A stretch of DNA of 43,658 nucleotides from Candidatus Dojkabacteria bacterium UBA2177 (GCA_002328805.1 DCVX01000032.1:1-43658); one strand, 5' to 3'; shown: positions 28,911 to 39,475, counted from the first letter of the stretch. A program made the numbers and translations. Notes: generated by a model not told the origin, from the letters alone.

Positions 28911-29969
28911 TTACCACTTAATTGTATAACCCTTTTGAGTTGTCCTAAACCAAGAGTATATATAGTAAATATAGTACTTTATCTTGTCTAGAGCGTAATC
29001 CCTACTGTGCATATATGTAACCTTTTTACCTCCTAAACTTTCTTTAAAGGCTCCTACTCCTGACCAAGGATGCTTCTTCTCTTCATACCCTTCTGGGACA
29101 ACACCACCAAACAGATCAAATACTTTACATCCTAATTCTTTACCAAGCTTTAAGCATTCCCAATAAAGAAGATATGTAATATTAATATTCTTATCTCTAA
29201 AGTGTGTATCTGTAGCAGCCTGATAAAGATGCATATGCTCTCCATATACTGTGCATTGCCAGATACCAATAGGCTTATCCTTGTAATATCCCACAACCAT
29301 ATAACACATACCCCTTTTAACCTGCTCTTCTAACTCCTTAAGAAGCAGAGAGGTTGGTTTATCTGTATACCCCTTTAATTCTACAGTCTGTTCATGCAAC
29401 TCTTTAAATAGATCAAACTGAGAAGTATCATTGAATATTTTAACTGAGACCTCTTCTTTATTCTTAAGAAGCCGATTCAAAAGATTCCTCTTTGTCTTAT
29501 TCATATCTCTTCTTAAATCTTCCAAATCCTTTGTCAAATCTACCTGCTGAGAGATAAGAGCATCTACATTATGTATGGGAGCAAGTTTAAAAGAATTCTT
29601 ATTATAGAAAGTTTTTAATATTTGGTTTTCTTTATACAAAGGAGCAAACCTTAACATAAAACAACTATTTTCCTTTGCAATACCCTTACAAAAAGTCAGA
29701 ACCTCTCCCCACTCTTCTTCACTACCCTCTTTTAACATCGGAGAGTGTTTACATTCTAAAAAATTCCCAAAAAGTTTTGACTTCCCAATAAAGCAGTTAA
29801 TTATTCCTATGAATTGATCTTCTTTATATATTGCATATCTAAAAACTTCTGTGCCAATAGATTCTTCGTACCTGTACCTTGCACTACTGTTTAAGAATGA
29901 ATAGTTTGGAAGAGTTTGGACTAGATTATCCCAAGTATTATCGTCAGTTATTTCTTTGAAATTTAACAT
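28911..29969 (-). CDS. FemABX-like tRNA-dependent aminoacyltransferase
   Basis: VDL..D...L...M....R, Y.L.W, FDLFG, GV..FK..LGG. Confidence 0.85.
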   Translation of the reverse strand: MLNFKEITDDNTWDNLVQTLPNYSFLNSSARYRYEESIGTEVFRYAIYKEDQFIGIINCFIGKSKLFGNFLECKHSPMLKEGSEEEWGEVLTFCKGIAKENSCFMLRFAPLYKENQILKTFYNKNSFKLAPIHNVDALISQQVDLTKDLEDLRRDMNKTKRNLLNRLLKNKEEVSVKIFNDTSQFDLFKELHEQTVELKGYTDKPTSLLLKELEEQVKRGMCYMVVGYYKDKPIGIWQCTVYGEHMHLYQAATDTHFRDKNINITYLLYWECLKLGKELGCKVFDLFGGVVPEGYEEKKHPWSGVGAFKESLGGKKVTYMHSRDYALDKIKYYIYYIYSWFRTTQKGYTIKW

Positions 29970-29980
29970 AATATATCGTA

Positions 29981-31279
29981 TTAGATATTAAGAGGTTTTG
30001 CAAAATTATTAACTATTCCAACAATTTCTTTAGCATCTTCCTCGGTTACTTCAATATTTGTAGGAAGATTTAATATGTTTTTCCCGACTCTTTCTGCTAT
30101 TGGGCAAGAACCTTGTTTGTAGTCAACCTTTCCAAGCTCTTCCTCAGATAATGGGTGGACAGGAGAACTATACCAATTCCCAACTATAATCTCCCTCTCT
30201 AGAAGCTTCTGCTTCACCTCTGCCCTATTTTCTAGAAGTATGGGATATCTAAGAAGCAGGTCTCCTTCTGTTTTAAATACAAAATTCTCTTTCAAGTTTG
30301 TATCGTAAAACTCTGTTATCTTCTCTCTCTTTTGATTTATCTTAGAAACTTTTTTAAGCTGATTACTTAAAAGAACAGCTTGCACTTGAGAAAGCTTCTC
30401 TATTCCTGAGAATACTATTGTATCTGCCTTTGCCTGTTTTTTTATTAATCCTAAATTCCTAAAGAGGATAATTAAGACTCTCCCTATTGTAATATTTGTG
30501 CGAGGGATTATTTTTGTAAAGTAGTATTTTTTTATTAAAGACCAGAGTTTAATGTATCTTGCGTTATATAGAGATTCTTTTTTACTCGGTTTGCGTAGTT
30601 CTGAATAGTTCTCCCTGGCGATATCTAGAGCATCTTCGTCTAAAATAATACTTGCAGCTCCCTGTGTAGAGCTTATACTTTTGTCTTGGGAGAAACTAAA
30701 GAGTAACATATCACTGTATTTACCTAATGTAGAATATTTTCCTTTAAAATCAGAAGGGAAAATATGTGCAGAATCCTCGATGATTTTTATTTTCTCCTTT
30801 TCTGCCCTTTCCCTATTGGCTTTATCTACAAGATCTCTTACCTTCTTCATATCCACAATGTTTCCAAATGTGTGCTGAACGACTATTGCTCTAGTCTTAT
30901 TTGTTATCTTCCCTTTAAGAAGTGATATGTCCATATTGAAACTTTTAGGATCTATATCTACAAAAACAGGTTTTAGCTTGTTCCAAAGGATTGGTGCAAC
31001 AACAGCTACACAGGTAAAGGCTTGGACTATGACTTCATCCTCTTCATTTAATTCAAGAGATTTTAGGTAGAAATATATGGAATCTCTACCTCTATTAAAA
31101 AGAAAGATGTTTTCTTCTGTAATTTCTGCTAAATTTTCATTTTCCCTAAGATGCCTAAGAAGTTGTTCTCTTAAATTGCCAATAGATCCTTTTAAATTCT
31201 CTTGTCCCTTTAAAATTCTTTTAGCTAACTCTAAATCATCTCTCTCTGTGTTAGGTATAGAACCGATAAAAACAGACAT
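29981..31279 (-). CDS. DegT/DnrJ/EryC1/StrS PLP-dependent sugar aminotransferase
   Basis: QAFTC, PVFVDID, VQHTFG, IIEDSAH, FSFSQDK, CP.AE, LNLP. Confidence 0.9.
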   Translation of the reverse strand: MSVFIGSIPNTERDDLELAKRILKGQENLKGSIGNLREQLLRHLRENENLAEITEENIFLFNRGRDSIYFYLKSLELNEEDEVIVQAFTCVAVVAPILWNKLKPVFVDIDPKSFNMDISLLKGKITNKTRAIVVQHTFGNIVDMKKVRDLVDKANRERAEKEKIKIIEDSAHIFPSDFKGKYSTLGKYSDMLLFSFSQDKSISSTQGAASIILDEDALDIARENYSELRKPSKKESLYNARYIKLWSLIKKYYFTKIIPRTNITIGRVLIILFRNLGLIKKQAKADTIVFSGIEKLSQVQAVLLSNQLKKVSKINQKREKITEFYDTNLKENFVFKTEGDLLLRYPILLENRAEVKQKLLEREIIVGNWYSSPVHPLSEEELGKVDYKQGSCPIAERVGKNILNLPTNIEVTEEDAKEIVGIVNNFAKPLNI

Positions 31280-31312
31280 TTATTACTAATACTAAATTAT
31301 TTTAAGACACCC

Positions 31313-32023
31313 TTAGATGTTAATTAAGAAAAGACATGGGTTTTTCTCCAAAACCTTCCTTTCTCTCTTCCACTCTTTTATACTCTTGGTCACAATGTAT
31401 TCGTCCTCACCCATAACTTGTTGAGCTATACAAAGGAGAGTCTCTTCTTCGCATATATCTAAGATGTCTTCTAACATGTTCTGGTTTTTGTATGGAGTTT
31501 CCATAAACATCTGAGTCTGTTTAGTGTTCTGAGCAATCCTTTCTAAGGTTTTAATCTTTTTTCTCTTGCTCCCTCTCTCCTTTGGTAAGTAACCGTAAAA
31601 AGCGAAACTTTGACCATTAAGACCAGAGGCCATAAGTGCAAGGAAAACAGATGATGGACCGACAAGAGGGATACACTTAACACCTTTAGCTTGGGCAACT
31701 CTAACTAATCTATGTCCTGGATCTGCTATAGAAGGTGCTCCTGCATCTGATATTAAACCTAGATTTTTGCCTTGGAATAGGGGTTCTAATAGAGATTCTA
31801 GTTCATCATCTTTTGTATTCTTGTTTAATTCAAAGATATTTATGTCCTGTATCTGCTTCTTTAGAGAGATATCTTTAAGGAATGCTCTGGCAATCTTAGG
31901 TGTTTCAGAAATAAAATTTTCTAAGTTTTCAATATTCTCCAAGTCCTTAGCAAGCAATGTCTCTGACAATTTATAATTTGCGGAAATTGGTACTGGTATT
32001 AAATATAGTTTGCCTGTTTTCAT
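31313..32023 (-). CDS. RsmI-like SAM-dependent methyltransferase
   Basis: LYLIP.PI, SDAG.P.IADPG, PLVGPSS, ASGLNGQ.F.F.GYLP, ETPY.N. Confidence 0.85.
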   Translation of the reverse strand: MKTGKLYLIPVPISANYKLSETLLAKDLENIENLENFISETPKIARAFLKDISLKKQIQDINIFELNKNTKDDELESLLEPLFQGKNLGLISDAGAPSIADPGHRLVRVAQAKGVKCIPLVGPSSVFLALMASGLNGQSFAFYGYLPKERGSKRKKIKTLERIAQNTKQTQMFMETPYKNQNMLEDILDICEEETLLCIAQQVMGEDEYIVTKSIKEWKRERKVLEKNPCLFLINI

Positions 32024-33873
32024 TAGTATGTTCTTTCAAAATTATTATCTATCTCAGAAAGTGTTAACTTCCATATTGCTGGGCGACCATGAGGACAACT
32101 ATATGGGTTTTCACAATCAGAAAGCTCTTTAAATAAGTTTAGCATCTCTTCTCTACTTAATCTTTGTCCACTTCTTATGCTACCGTGACAAGATATAGTG
32201 GCTAAGAGATCATCTCTTCGTTTCTCTAAGTTCTTTCCTAGGTCTTCTATATTATCTTCTAGAGAAAATATTTCGTTAAACATCTCTTCAAAGTTAGATT
32301 CTGAAAAAGAGGTCGGTGCTGTTTTAAGCTTGAGTTTAGTCCCCTCAATTTCATAGATTATTCCAATGGTTTCAAAGAAATCATGAGCTTCCTCTAAGAA
32401 GATTGCCTCTTCTTTTTTAAGATCTATTTCTACTGGAACCAGATAATTTTGCAAGTCTAAACCGTTTTTACCTTCGGATAATTTTTCAAAGTTTATTCTT
32501 TCTGCTGCTGCGTGTTGGTCTATTACCCAAAGTCTCTCATCTGTAAATTCTACAACTACATATTTGTTAAATATTTGGAATATGTTTCTAATATTCATCT
32601 CATCTTCCCAAGAAATGTTTTCTTTCTGGTCATCGTCTTCTTTTATTTGTGAAGAAAGAATTTCTTTGGAGAACAATAGACTGTCTTTTACCGAAATGGA
32701 CTTGCCTGAGGAGTATAGATTGCTACTCTCGTATTCCTTCCTGCTTCCTTCTTCTATACTTTCTCTCTTGGAGGATGTTGTTGATGCTTTATTAAATCTC
32801 TCCCTTAATGAAGAAAAATCCCTTATTTTACCTTCATTACCACTTGGTATATCCCTAAAAGACAATTCCTTCTCTAGAGTATGTTTAACTGCATTCTCTA
32901 TGGCGGAGTAAACTCTGTAGGGGTTTTCAAAACGGACTTCTTCTTTTCTTGGGTGAACATTAACATCTACAAATTGTGGATCCATGTCTATCTTAATTAC
33001 AAAATCTACCTTCTGGCCATGTGGGATGTACCTAGAATACCCTTCGTGGATAGCTCTGTAGATTCCTTTGTCTGAAATAGCTCTGTCATTTACAAACATG
33101 TAACCTTTAGCTCTGGAACTCTTGTGGTTAGACGGATGGGCTACATACCCAGATATTTTTATACCCGCACCCTCATAATATACTTGAATGAAATTGGAGG
33201 TGTCTTCATTCATAACCTCTTTGACTCTTTCCTTTGTAATTTCTCCTTTCTTGGAGTTTTCTATAGCAGGTAGATCTAGGACAACTTTACTATCCTTTTC
33301 TAAAATAAAATGAATATTAGGATAAACAAGGTAGTAGTTATTCATTAATTCATAAATCTTCCTGTATTCTGTTTGAGATGTCTTTAAGTGCTTCTTTCGT
33401 GCAGGAATATTGTAAAAAAGATTCTCCACACGAACAGTTGTCCCTCTCTCCTTTGGAGTTTTCTTAACAGGAGATTTACCCTCCTCATTAAAATCTATTT
33501 CATTTGCAATTGTCTCTTCAACATACTTAGAAGACACCTTTACCCTTGCTACTGATGTAATTGTAGAGAGTGCTTCCCCTCTAAAACCCATGCTAAGGAG
33601 GGTGTTGAGATCTTCAATCTTCTCTATTTTAGAAGTGGTGTGAGCATCAAAGATTAGTGGAAGATCCTCCTTAGGGATACCATAGCCATTATCTGAAACC
33701 TCTATCATATCTATACCCCCATTCTTTACCCTTACTTCAATCCTGTCTGCCTGGGCATCTATGGCATTATCTACAAGTTCTTTAACTACCGAAGCTGGTC
33801 TTTCTACTACTTCTCCTGCCGCTATCTGGTTTACAACACTCTGTGGTAACTTGTGTAATTTTTTCTTTTTCAC
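32023..33873 (-). CDS. mutL: DNA mismatch repair endonuclease MutL
   Basis: IAAGEVVERPASVVKEL, GFRGEAL, DVNVHP.K.EVRF, DQHAAAER, CPHGRP; GTG start. Confidence 0.97.
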   Translation of the reverse strand: MKKKKLHKLPQSVVNQIAAGEVVERPASVVKELVDNAIDAQADRIEVRVKNGGIDMIEVSDNGYGIPKEDLPLIFDAHTTSKIEKIEDLNTLLSMGFRGEALSTITSVARVKVSSKYVEETIANEIDFNEEGKSPVKKTPKERGTTVRVENLFYNIPARKKHLKTSQTEYRKIYELMNNYYLVYPNIHFILEKDSKVVLDLPAIENSKKGEITKERVKEVMNEDTSNFIQVYYEGAGIKISGYVAHPSNHKSSRAKGYMFVNDRAISDKGIYRAIHEGYSRYIPHGQKVDFVIKIDMDPQFVDVNVHPRKEEVRFENPYRVYSAIENAVKHTLEKELSFRDIPSGNEGKIRDFSSLRERFNKASTTSSKRESIEEGSRKEYESSNLYSSGKSISVKDSLLFSKEILSSQIKEDDDQKENISWEDEMNIRNIFQIFNKYVVVEFTDERLWVIDQHAAAERINFEKLSEGKNGLDLQNYLVPVEIDLKKEEAIFLEEAHDFFETIGIIYEIEGTKLKLKTAPTSFSESNFEEMFNEIFSLEDNIEDLGKNLEKRRDDLLATISCHGSIRSGQRLSREEMLNLFKELSDCENPYSCPHGRPAIWKLTLSEIDNNFERTY

Positions 33874-33914
33874 ACTATTATTCTAACACATCCATATATT
33901 TGCTAGAATACGTT
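33874..33914. promoter_or_regulatory. Back-to-back extended -10 promoters of mutL and uvrB
   Basis: Minus: TGtTAGAAT-6 nt-GTG; plus: TGcTAGAAT-5 nt-GTG. Confidence 0.65.
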
Positions 33915-35918
33915 GTGGATATTGTAAATAGAAATAAAAATAAAGAACAGAGTAATAATAAGTTTGACTTACAGAAACCTTACGAGAAGTCTCCAGACCA
34001 GAAGAAGGCGGTTGAGGAAATTGTTAAAGGTGTACAAGCTAATAAACAGAAACAAACCCTACTCGGGGTAACTGGCTCTGGAAAAACTTTTGTTATGGCA
34101 AATATTATAGACACCTTACAAAGGCCAACATTGGTTATTTCTCACAATAAGACATTAGCAGCGCAGTTGTATGAAGAATTTAAAGAGTTTTTTCCTAATA
34201 ATTCGGTAAAATATTTTGTCTCTTACTATGACTATTACCAGCCAGAGGCTTACATCCCTGCAAAAGACCTATACATTGAAAAGGAATCTCAAGTTAATAA
34301 AGAGATAGAGAATTTAAGATTTGGGGCTATGAATTCCGCAATAACTAGAAGGGATACAATTGTAGTTGCATCTGTATCTTGTATATATAATATTGGGAAT
34401 CCAGACAATTATGAAAACAGGAGTTTGTCTTTTTATGTGGGACAGGAAATAGAAATTTCTGAAATTGCAAGGGAGTTAGTATCCATGAGATACACAAGGG
34501 ATGCCCTAGATTTCACTACCGGAGTATTTAGAATTGCTGGAGATGTTATTGAAATATATCCTCCATACGAAGAGTTCTCTTTTAGAATAGAGATGTGGGG
34601 AAATAGGGTTGAGAATATTTCAAAGGTTCATCCATTATCTAAACAGAAGGTTTCTGAACCAAGTGAGATACTTGTTTTTCCAGCGACTTCGTTAATATAT
34701 TCTCATGATGTAATTAAAAATGCTGTAGAGAATATTAAGGAAGATCTAAAAAAGAGATTAGACTTTCTAAGAAATATTGGAAAGGATATAGAGGCCTACA
34801 GGTTGGAACAGAAAACAAATTATGACATAGAGATGTTAGAGCAGGTTGGTTATTGTAAGAGTATGGAGAACTACAGTATATATTTTGACGGTAGAAAACC
34901 CGGAGAACCACCCTACACTCTTTTGGATTATTTCCCAAAAGATTATCTTATGTTTATAGATGAGTCACACATTACCATTCCACAGATTGGAGGAATGTAT
35001 AACGGAGATAAGGCAAGGAAAGATAATTTAATTGAATATGGTTTTAGATTACCTACTGCAAGAGATAACAGGCCTCTTAATTTCAAAGAGTTCCAAGCTA
35101 GACAAGGAACCACCGTCTACTTCTCTGCCACTCCCTCAGAATGGGAGGTTAGAGATAGTAATAAGAATGTGGTGGAGCTTCTAACGAGGCCTACGGGTCT
35201 TCTAGACCCTACAGTAGAGGTTAGGAAGACAGATGGGCAGATAGATGATGTAATAGCTGAGATTAATGCTAACGTAAAAAAGGGTCAAAGAGTTCTAGTT
35301 ACTACTCTAACTAAGAGAATGGCAGAAGATTTAACATCTTTTCTTAAAGATTTGGATATTAAAGTCCAATATTTACATTCTGACATAGATACTGTTGAAC
35401 GAGTAGATATTCTAAGAGATCTTAGGCTTGGAGAATATGATGTATTAATTGGGATTAACCTTTTAAGAGAGGGTATTGACCTACCAGAGGTCTCTTTAGT
35501 AATAATTCTAGATGCTGACAAAGAAGGGTTCCTTAGATCTAAAACTAGTCTTGTGCAAACAATTGGTAGAGCTGCTCGACATGTTGAGGGAAGGGTTTTA
35601 ATGTACGCAGATAAGATTACGGAGAGTATGAAGTATGCAATAGATGAAACAGAAAGAAGAAGGAAGTACCAGATAGAATATAATAAGAAACACAATATAA
35701 CTCCTAAGAGTATTGAAAAAGAAATTCGTGGGAGACTTGTTGAAGATGATGGAGAAAAAGATGAAGTCGATCTTGATATTGAAAAATTGGATATTAAACA
35801 GAAGAAGATTCTTATTAAGGAGTTAGAACAAGATATGTTAATAGCTGCAGATAGGTTGGAATTTGAAAAGGCAGGGAAGATAAGGGATGAGATAAAGGAT
35901 ATAAAGGCTGGTTTGTAA
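33915..35918 (+). CDS. uvrB: Excinuclease ABC subunit B
   Basis: GVTGSGKT, YYDYYQPEAY, DESH, QTIGRAAR, C-terminal UVR domain; start placed at in-frame GTG 33915 to avoid overlap with mutL. Confidence 0.96.
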   Translation: MDIVNRNKNKEQSNNKFDLQKPYEKSPDQKKAVEEIVKGVQANKQKQTLLGVTGSGKTFVMANIIDTLQRPTLVISHNKTLAAQLYEEFKEFFPNNSVKYFVSYYDYYQPEAYIPAKDLYIEKESQVNKEIENLRFGAMNSAITRRDTIVVASVSCIYNIGNPDNYENRSLSFYVGQEIEISEIARELVSMRYTRDALDFTTGVFRIAGDVIEIYPPYEEFSFRIEMWGNRVENISKVHPLSKQKVSEPSEILVFPATSLIYSHDVIKNAVENIKEDLKKRLDFLRNIGKDIEAYRLEQKTNYDIEMLEQVGYCKSMENYSIYFDGRKPGEPPYTLLDYFPKDYLMFIDESHITIPQIGGMYNGDKARKDNLIEYGFRLPTARDNRPLNFKEFQARQGTTVYFSATPSEWEVRDSNKNVVELLTRPTGLLDPTVEVRKTDGQIDDVIAEINANVKKGQRVLVTTLTKRMAEDLTSFLKDLDIKVQYLHSDIDTVERVDILRDLRLGEYDVLIGINLLREGIDLPEVSLVIILDADKEGFLRSKTSLVQTIGRAARHVEGRVLMYADKITESMKYAIDETERRRKYQIEYNKKHNITPKSIEKEIRGRLVEDDGEKDEVDLDIEKLDIKQKKILIKELEQDMLIAADRLEFEKAGKIRDEIKDIKAGL

Positions 35919-35981
35919 CTATATTGGTGATAAAACCTAAAAATATGTTACTGTTATATATCTAATTAAATAAAAAGAAAA

Positions 35982-36218
35982 ATGAGAAGAGGTGTACTTG
36001 TTTTAAATAGCGATGAACTTATTGAATTAGGAAGAGTTGTTGATTTAGAAAAGATAAAGATCGCCTTAGAAAACATAAAAGAAGAGAATAGAATTCTTAC
36101 AAATGAAGATGAATTAGAAAATATACTAGATGAAATTGGTATGCCTGAGGATAATGTAATACTTAAAAGTGCTGTTTCTAAAATCTCTGATCTACTACAT
36201 TCTCTTCGGAATAGTTAA
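35982..36218 (+). CDS. Hypothetical protein, 78 aa
   Basis: Clean ORF between uvrB and a convergent gene, AT-rich upstream region. Confidence 0.65.
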   Translation: MRRGVLVLNSDELIELGRVVDLEKIKIALENIKEENRILTNEDELENILDEIGMPEDNVILKSAVSKISDLLHSLRNS

Positions 36219-36222
36219 GAGG

Positions 36223-36555
36223 TTATCTTCTACCGAGCTTTCTCTCTTGAGATGCTATCCAGTCATCTACCGCTTTATCAATACTCTCTCCCTTCTTAAG
36301 ACCTAATTCTGCTCTCACTTGGGACTCACTTCTTTTTCTTGCTCTTTTGACCTCATCTGGTTCTGGGAGCGTCTCTTTGTAATGAAGTTCATCACAAATT
36401 GTCTGCGTTGACCGTATTTCGCCTGTGGGAGTCTCACTAGCACCATCCATAGTGGTAGAGAGTACTCTAACAGCCTCTTCTCCCGAATAGCCTTCATCTA
36501 GAAGCTCTTGTATTTCACCTGGATCATATTTGGGAACATTGCTCTCTAAGGGCAT
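36223..36555 (-). CDS. Hypothetical protein, 110 aa
   Basis: Charged, protein-like ORF downstream of tRNA-Gln; no motif recognised. Confidence 0.6.
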   Translation of the reverse strand: MPLESNVPKYDPGEIQELLDEGYSGEEAVRVLSTTMDGASETPTGEIRSTQTICDELHYKETLPEPDEVKRARKRSESQVRAELGLKKGESIDKAVDDWIASQERKLGRR

Positions 36556-36623
36556 GGTATAAGCTCTGCAAATATTATTTTACTATTGTAATGCGAATTG
36601 AAATAAAAAGTAAAGCTCAAAAG

Positions 36624-36697
36624 TGGTTGCGGGACATGGACTCGAACCATGATCGACGGCTTCAAAGGCCGGTGTCCTACCATTAGACGATCCCGCA
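36624..36697 (-). tRNA. tRNA-Gln(TTG), CCA encoded
   Basis: TGCGGGA/TCCCGCA acceptor stem (U1-A72), loop CTTTGAA, GGTTCGAGTCC, 3' ACCA. Confidence 0.96.
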
Positions 36698-36765
36698 ATA
36701 CAAAGAAATTATACTATATGTCCGTATTAAATAAAAAGAAAATATAATGTAAGATATAATCACCT

Positions 36766-37896
36766 ATGCCCCTCTTTAAGAAAAAGCCAGAGAAAACTAA
36801 AAACAAAAGACAGAGAACAAAGGGAACCACCAATCCTACGGGGAAAGTGTATATGCCCCAAAATAAAACAAATTCCGTAAGAAGGAAAGGAAAGAAGAGA
36901 TTTACTCTTTTCAAAAAACGAAGTAACAAATCCAATGTTCAAAGAAGAAATAAAAAAAACATTTCTAAAATTCTTTTTTACACCTTCCTAGCTTTATTAT
37001 TTGTAGGATTACTCTACATTTCTATTATTTCCATAATAAGAATGAGAGATAATACTACAGACGAAAATATTCCAGTGGAATACGTAGTAGGTCTAGAAGG
37101 TATCCCTTCTTACCCTGGGTCTGAATTTATATTCAAAAATAACATTGATGAAATATCTGTTGCTAATTTCATCGCCTCCGGAAATTCTGCTTACCGCTTA
37201 CCACTTAGAACAACAACTACACAAGCATATAAATATTACCAGGAAGTTCTTCCAGAACTTGGTTGGGAGAATGTTCTTTCCGTAGAGGTTGGATCAGAAG
37301 AGATGAAAGAGGGAGAATACTGGGTCAAGGGTACAAGTGGGCTTAGAATTTATTCTAAGTTCAATGATTTATGGTATGAGACACTAACTCAAGAAGAGGC
37401 TGTTACAGGTCTTAGAGCAAAGGTTGTTGAAGAGGCTGAAAGAGAGTTGCTTTTAGCAAGCCAAGATTACCAAGAACTTCTCCCCGACTTTCCATGGATA
37501 TTAAAGGTTCCTAAAGAATATATTATCTCTTATAGCTCTTCTGCTTACAAAGATTACCGAACTGTTCAATTTAGAAAAATTGGAACATCAGAAAGTGTAA
37601 GTGTCGTCCCAATAGGACCAACTGGTGATATTCTAGATAATTATCTCCAGGAGTATACAGAGTTACTTGGTGCGAATGAAGAACAGAACTGGACCATAGC
37701 CAATACAATCCTTGCAGTAACTTCTTATGGTACAGCACTAAGGGGTACTATAACAAACGGGCCAGAAAATCATGATGTTGCAGTAGTATCCAATAGTTAC
37801 AATGGTGTTGTTTATGTTATGGATGCTAACACTCCCAAAGACCCCTTCTTAGACTACCTGTTTGAGAATATGGAACCTGCAAATGTCCAGAGATAG
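36766..37896 (+). CDS. Single-pass membrane protein with very basic N-terminus
   Basis: K/R-rich 65 aa, one TM helix, acidic extracytoplasmic domain. Confidence 0.8.
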   Translation: MPLFKKKPEKTKNKRQRTKGTTNPTGKVYMPQNKTNSVRRKGKKRFTLFKKRSNKSNVQRRNKKNISKILFYTFLALLFVGLLYISIISIIRMRDNTTDENIPVEYVVGLEGIPSYPGSEFIFKNNIDEISVANFIASGNSAYRLPLRTTTTQAYKYYQEVLPELGWENVLSVEVGSEEMKEGEYWVKGTSGLRIYSKFNDLWYETLTQEEAVTGLRAKVVEEAERELLLASQDYQELLPDFPWILKVPKEYIISYSSSAYKDYRTVQFRKIGTSESVSVVPIGPTGDILDNYLQEYTELLGANEEQNWTIANTILAVTSYGTALRGTITNGPENHDVAVVSNSYNGVVYVMDANTPKDPFLDYLFENMEPANVQR

Positions 37897-37917
37897 TATT
37901 TATTCACTTCAGTTTAC

Positions 37918-39444
37918 TCATTCCTTCGGATTGAAGTATTTATATATCTCTTCCGATACAGTTTTGTTGTTTATACTTTGGTTAATTTTATCAAGGTCTG
38001 CTTCCTTCAAAGTTCTTATATCTCCAAAATCCTTTAAAAGTTTTTTCATTCTTTTCTTCCCTACCCCTGGAATCTTCTCTAACTCTGTATTTTTAGCCTT
38101 TCTAATTCGACTTTTACGATGATGTAATATTGCAAACCTATGTGCCTCATCTCTAAGATCTATTAGTATAGACTTGTTTATAATATCTACCCGTTTTATC
38201 TTATTTTCTTTTCCATTAGAATCTGTAATTAACCAAAATTCATCTAACTGTCTTGCTCCCCTTCTCTTAAGTCTCTTTCCTTTAGAGATGCCTATCAATG
38301 TGGATTCGAAAGGTAAAATCCCTTTTAATCCTTTGTCTAAGACAGATAATTGGGCTTTTCCACCGTCTATGAGAATAATATCTGGGTTAGAGGAATACTT
38401 CATCTTATTTTTAGTGTCAAAACGCCTTTCTAAAACCCTCTCTAACATTGCTGGATCGTTTGACTTATCTATGTCCTCTATCTTAAAGATTCTGTACTGA
38501 TCTCTGCGTATCTCACCATTTTCAGCCACAACCATAGAACCATATGCTAATTCCCCTTGTATATTGGAAATGTCATAACACTCTATCCTGTTAAGTTTTT
38601 TAAGTCCTAATTCTCTTTTTAACTCTTCAAACTCTCTTCTTAAGACCTCTTTTCTTCTTTCTTTGTATGATTGTTCTGTATCATCAGGGAGGAAATCAAT
38701 CTTCTCTCCTAGGTATTTAAGGTCAGAAATTCTGTCTCTTAAGATAGCTGCTTTTTCAAAATTCTTCTCTTTAGAATATTCGTACATCTTTCTTTCCATC
38801 TCCTTTATCTGTCCTCTCTTTCTTCCATTTAAGAACTTTATTATTTCATTAATGTTCTTCCTGTAATCTTCCTCGGTTATGTGTCCTTGGTATGGACCTG
38901 GGCAGAGACCTAGGTGGAAATAGAGGCACTCTTTGCTGTTCTCCTTCTTGCAGGTACAGAATGGATAAAGCTTCCTTAGATAGGTAAATATCCTTTTTGT
39001 GGCCGAACTGCTAGGGTATGGTCCAAAAAGTCTCCCTCTTTTCATTTCTTTGTTGCTTATCTTTCTGACTATTTTAATCGTGGGAAACTTATCTTTAGTA
39101 GAAATGTATATCCATACATAAGACTTGTCGTCCTTCTTGTCACTATTGTAAAAAGGTTTGTATTTTTTAATTAAGGCTGATTCTAAAACAAGAGATTCTA
39201 TTTCATTGTTGGTTTCGGTAATAGATATGTCTTTGATATAGGGAATCATCTGCTTTATACGAGGACGATCATAGAGTGTACTTGAAAAATAAGAACTTAC
39301 CCTATTCCTAAGATTTGTTGCTTTTCCTATGTATAATATCTTCCCGTTTTCATCCAGAAACTTGTAAATCCCTGGTTTTTGTGGGAGAAGCTTGATTTTA
39401 GTTTCTAGGTTCTTAATACCTAGATTCTTAATATTTTTATTCAT
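37918..39444 (-). CDS. uvrC: Excinuclease ABC subunit C
   Basis: GIY..YIGKA.NLR.RV.SYF, FGPY, UVR domain, IECYDISN, IDGGKAQ, RDEAHRFA, HhH. Confidence 0.96.
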   Translation of the reverse strand: MNKNIKNLGIKNLETKIKLLPQKPGIYKFLDENGKILYIGKATNLRNRVSSYFSSTLYDRPRIKQMIPYIKDISITETNNEIESLVLESALIKKYKPFYNSDKKDDKSYVWIYISTKDKFPTIKIVRKISNKEMKRGRLFGPYPSSSATKRIFTYLRKLYPFCTCKKENSKECLYFHLGLCPGPYQGHITEEDYRKNINEIIKFLNGRKRGQIKEMERKMYEYSKEKNFEKAAILRDRISDLKYLGEKIDFLPDDTEQSYKERRKEVLRREFEELKRELGLKKLNRIECYDISNIQGELAYGSMVVAENGEIRRDQYRIFKIEDIDKSNDPAMLERVLERRFDTKNKMKYSSNPDIILIDGGKAQLSVLDKGLKGILPFESTLIGISKGKRLKRRGARQLDEFWLITDSNGKENKIKRVDIINKSILIDLRDEAHRFAILHHRKSRIRKAKNTELEKIPGVGKKRMKKLLKDFGDIRTLKEADLDKINQSINNKTVSEEIYKYFNPKE

Positions 39445-39475
39445 ATATGGATTATATCAGTTGGGACAAGGTTCT

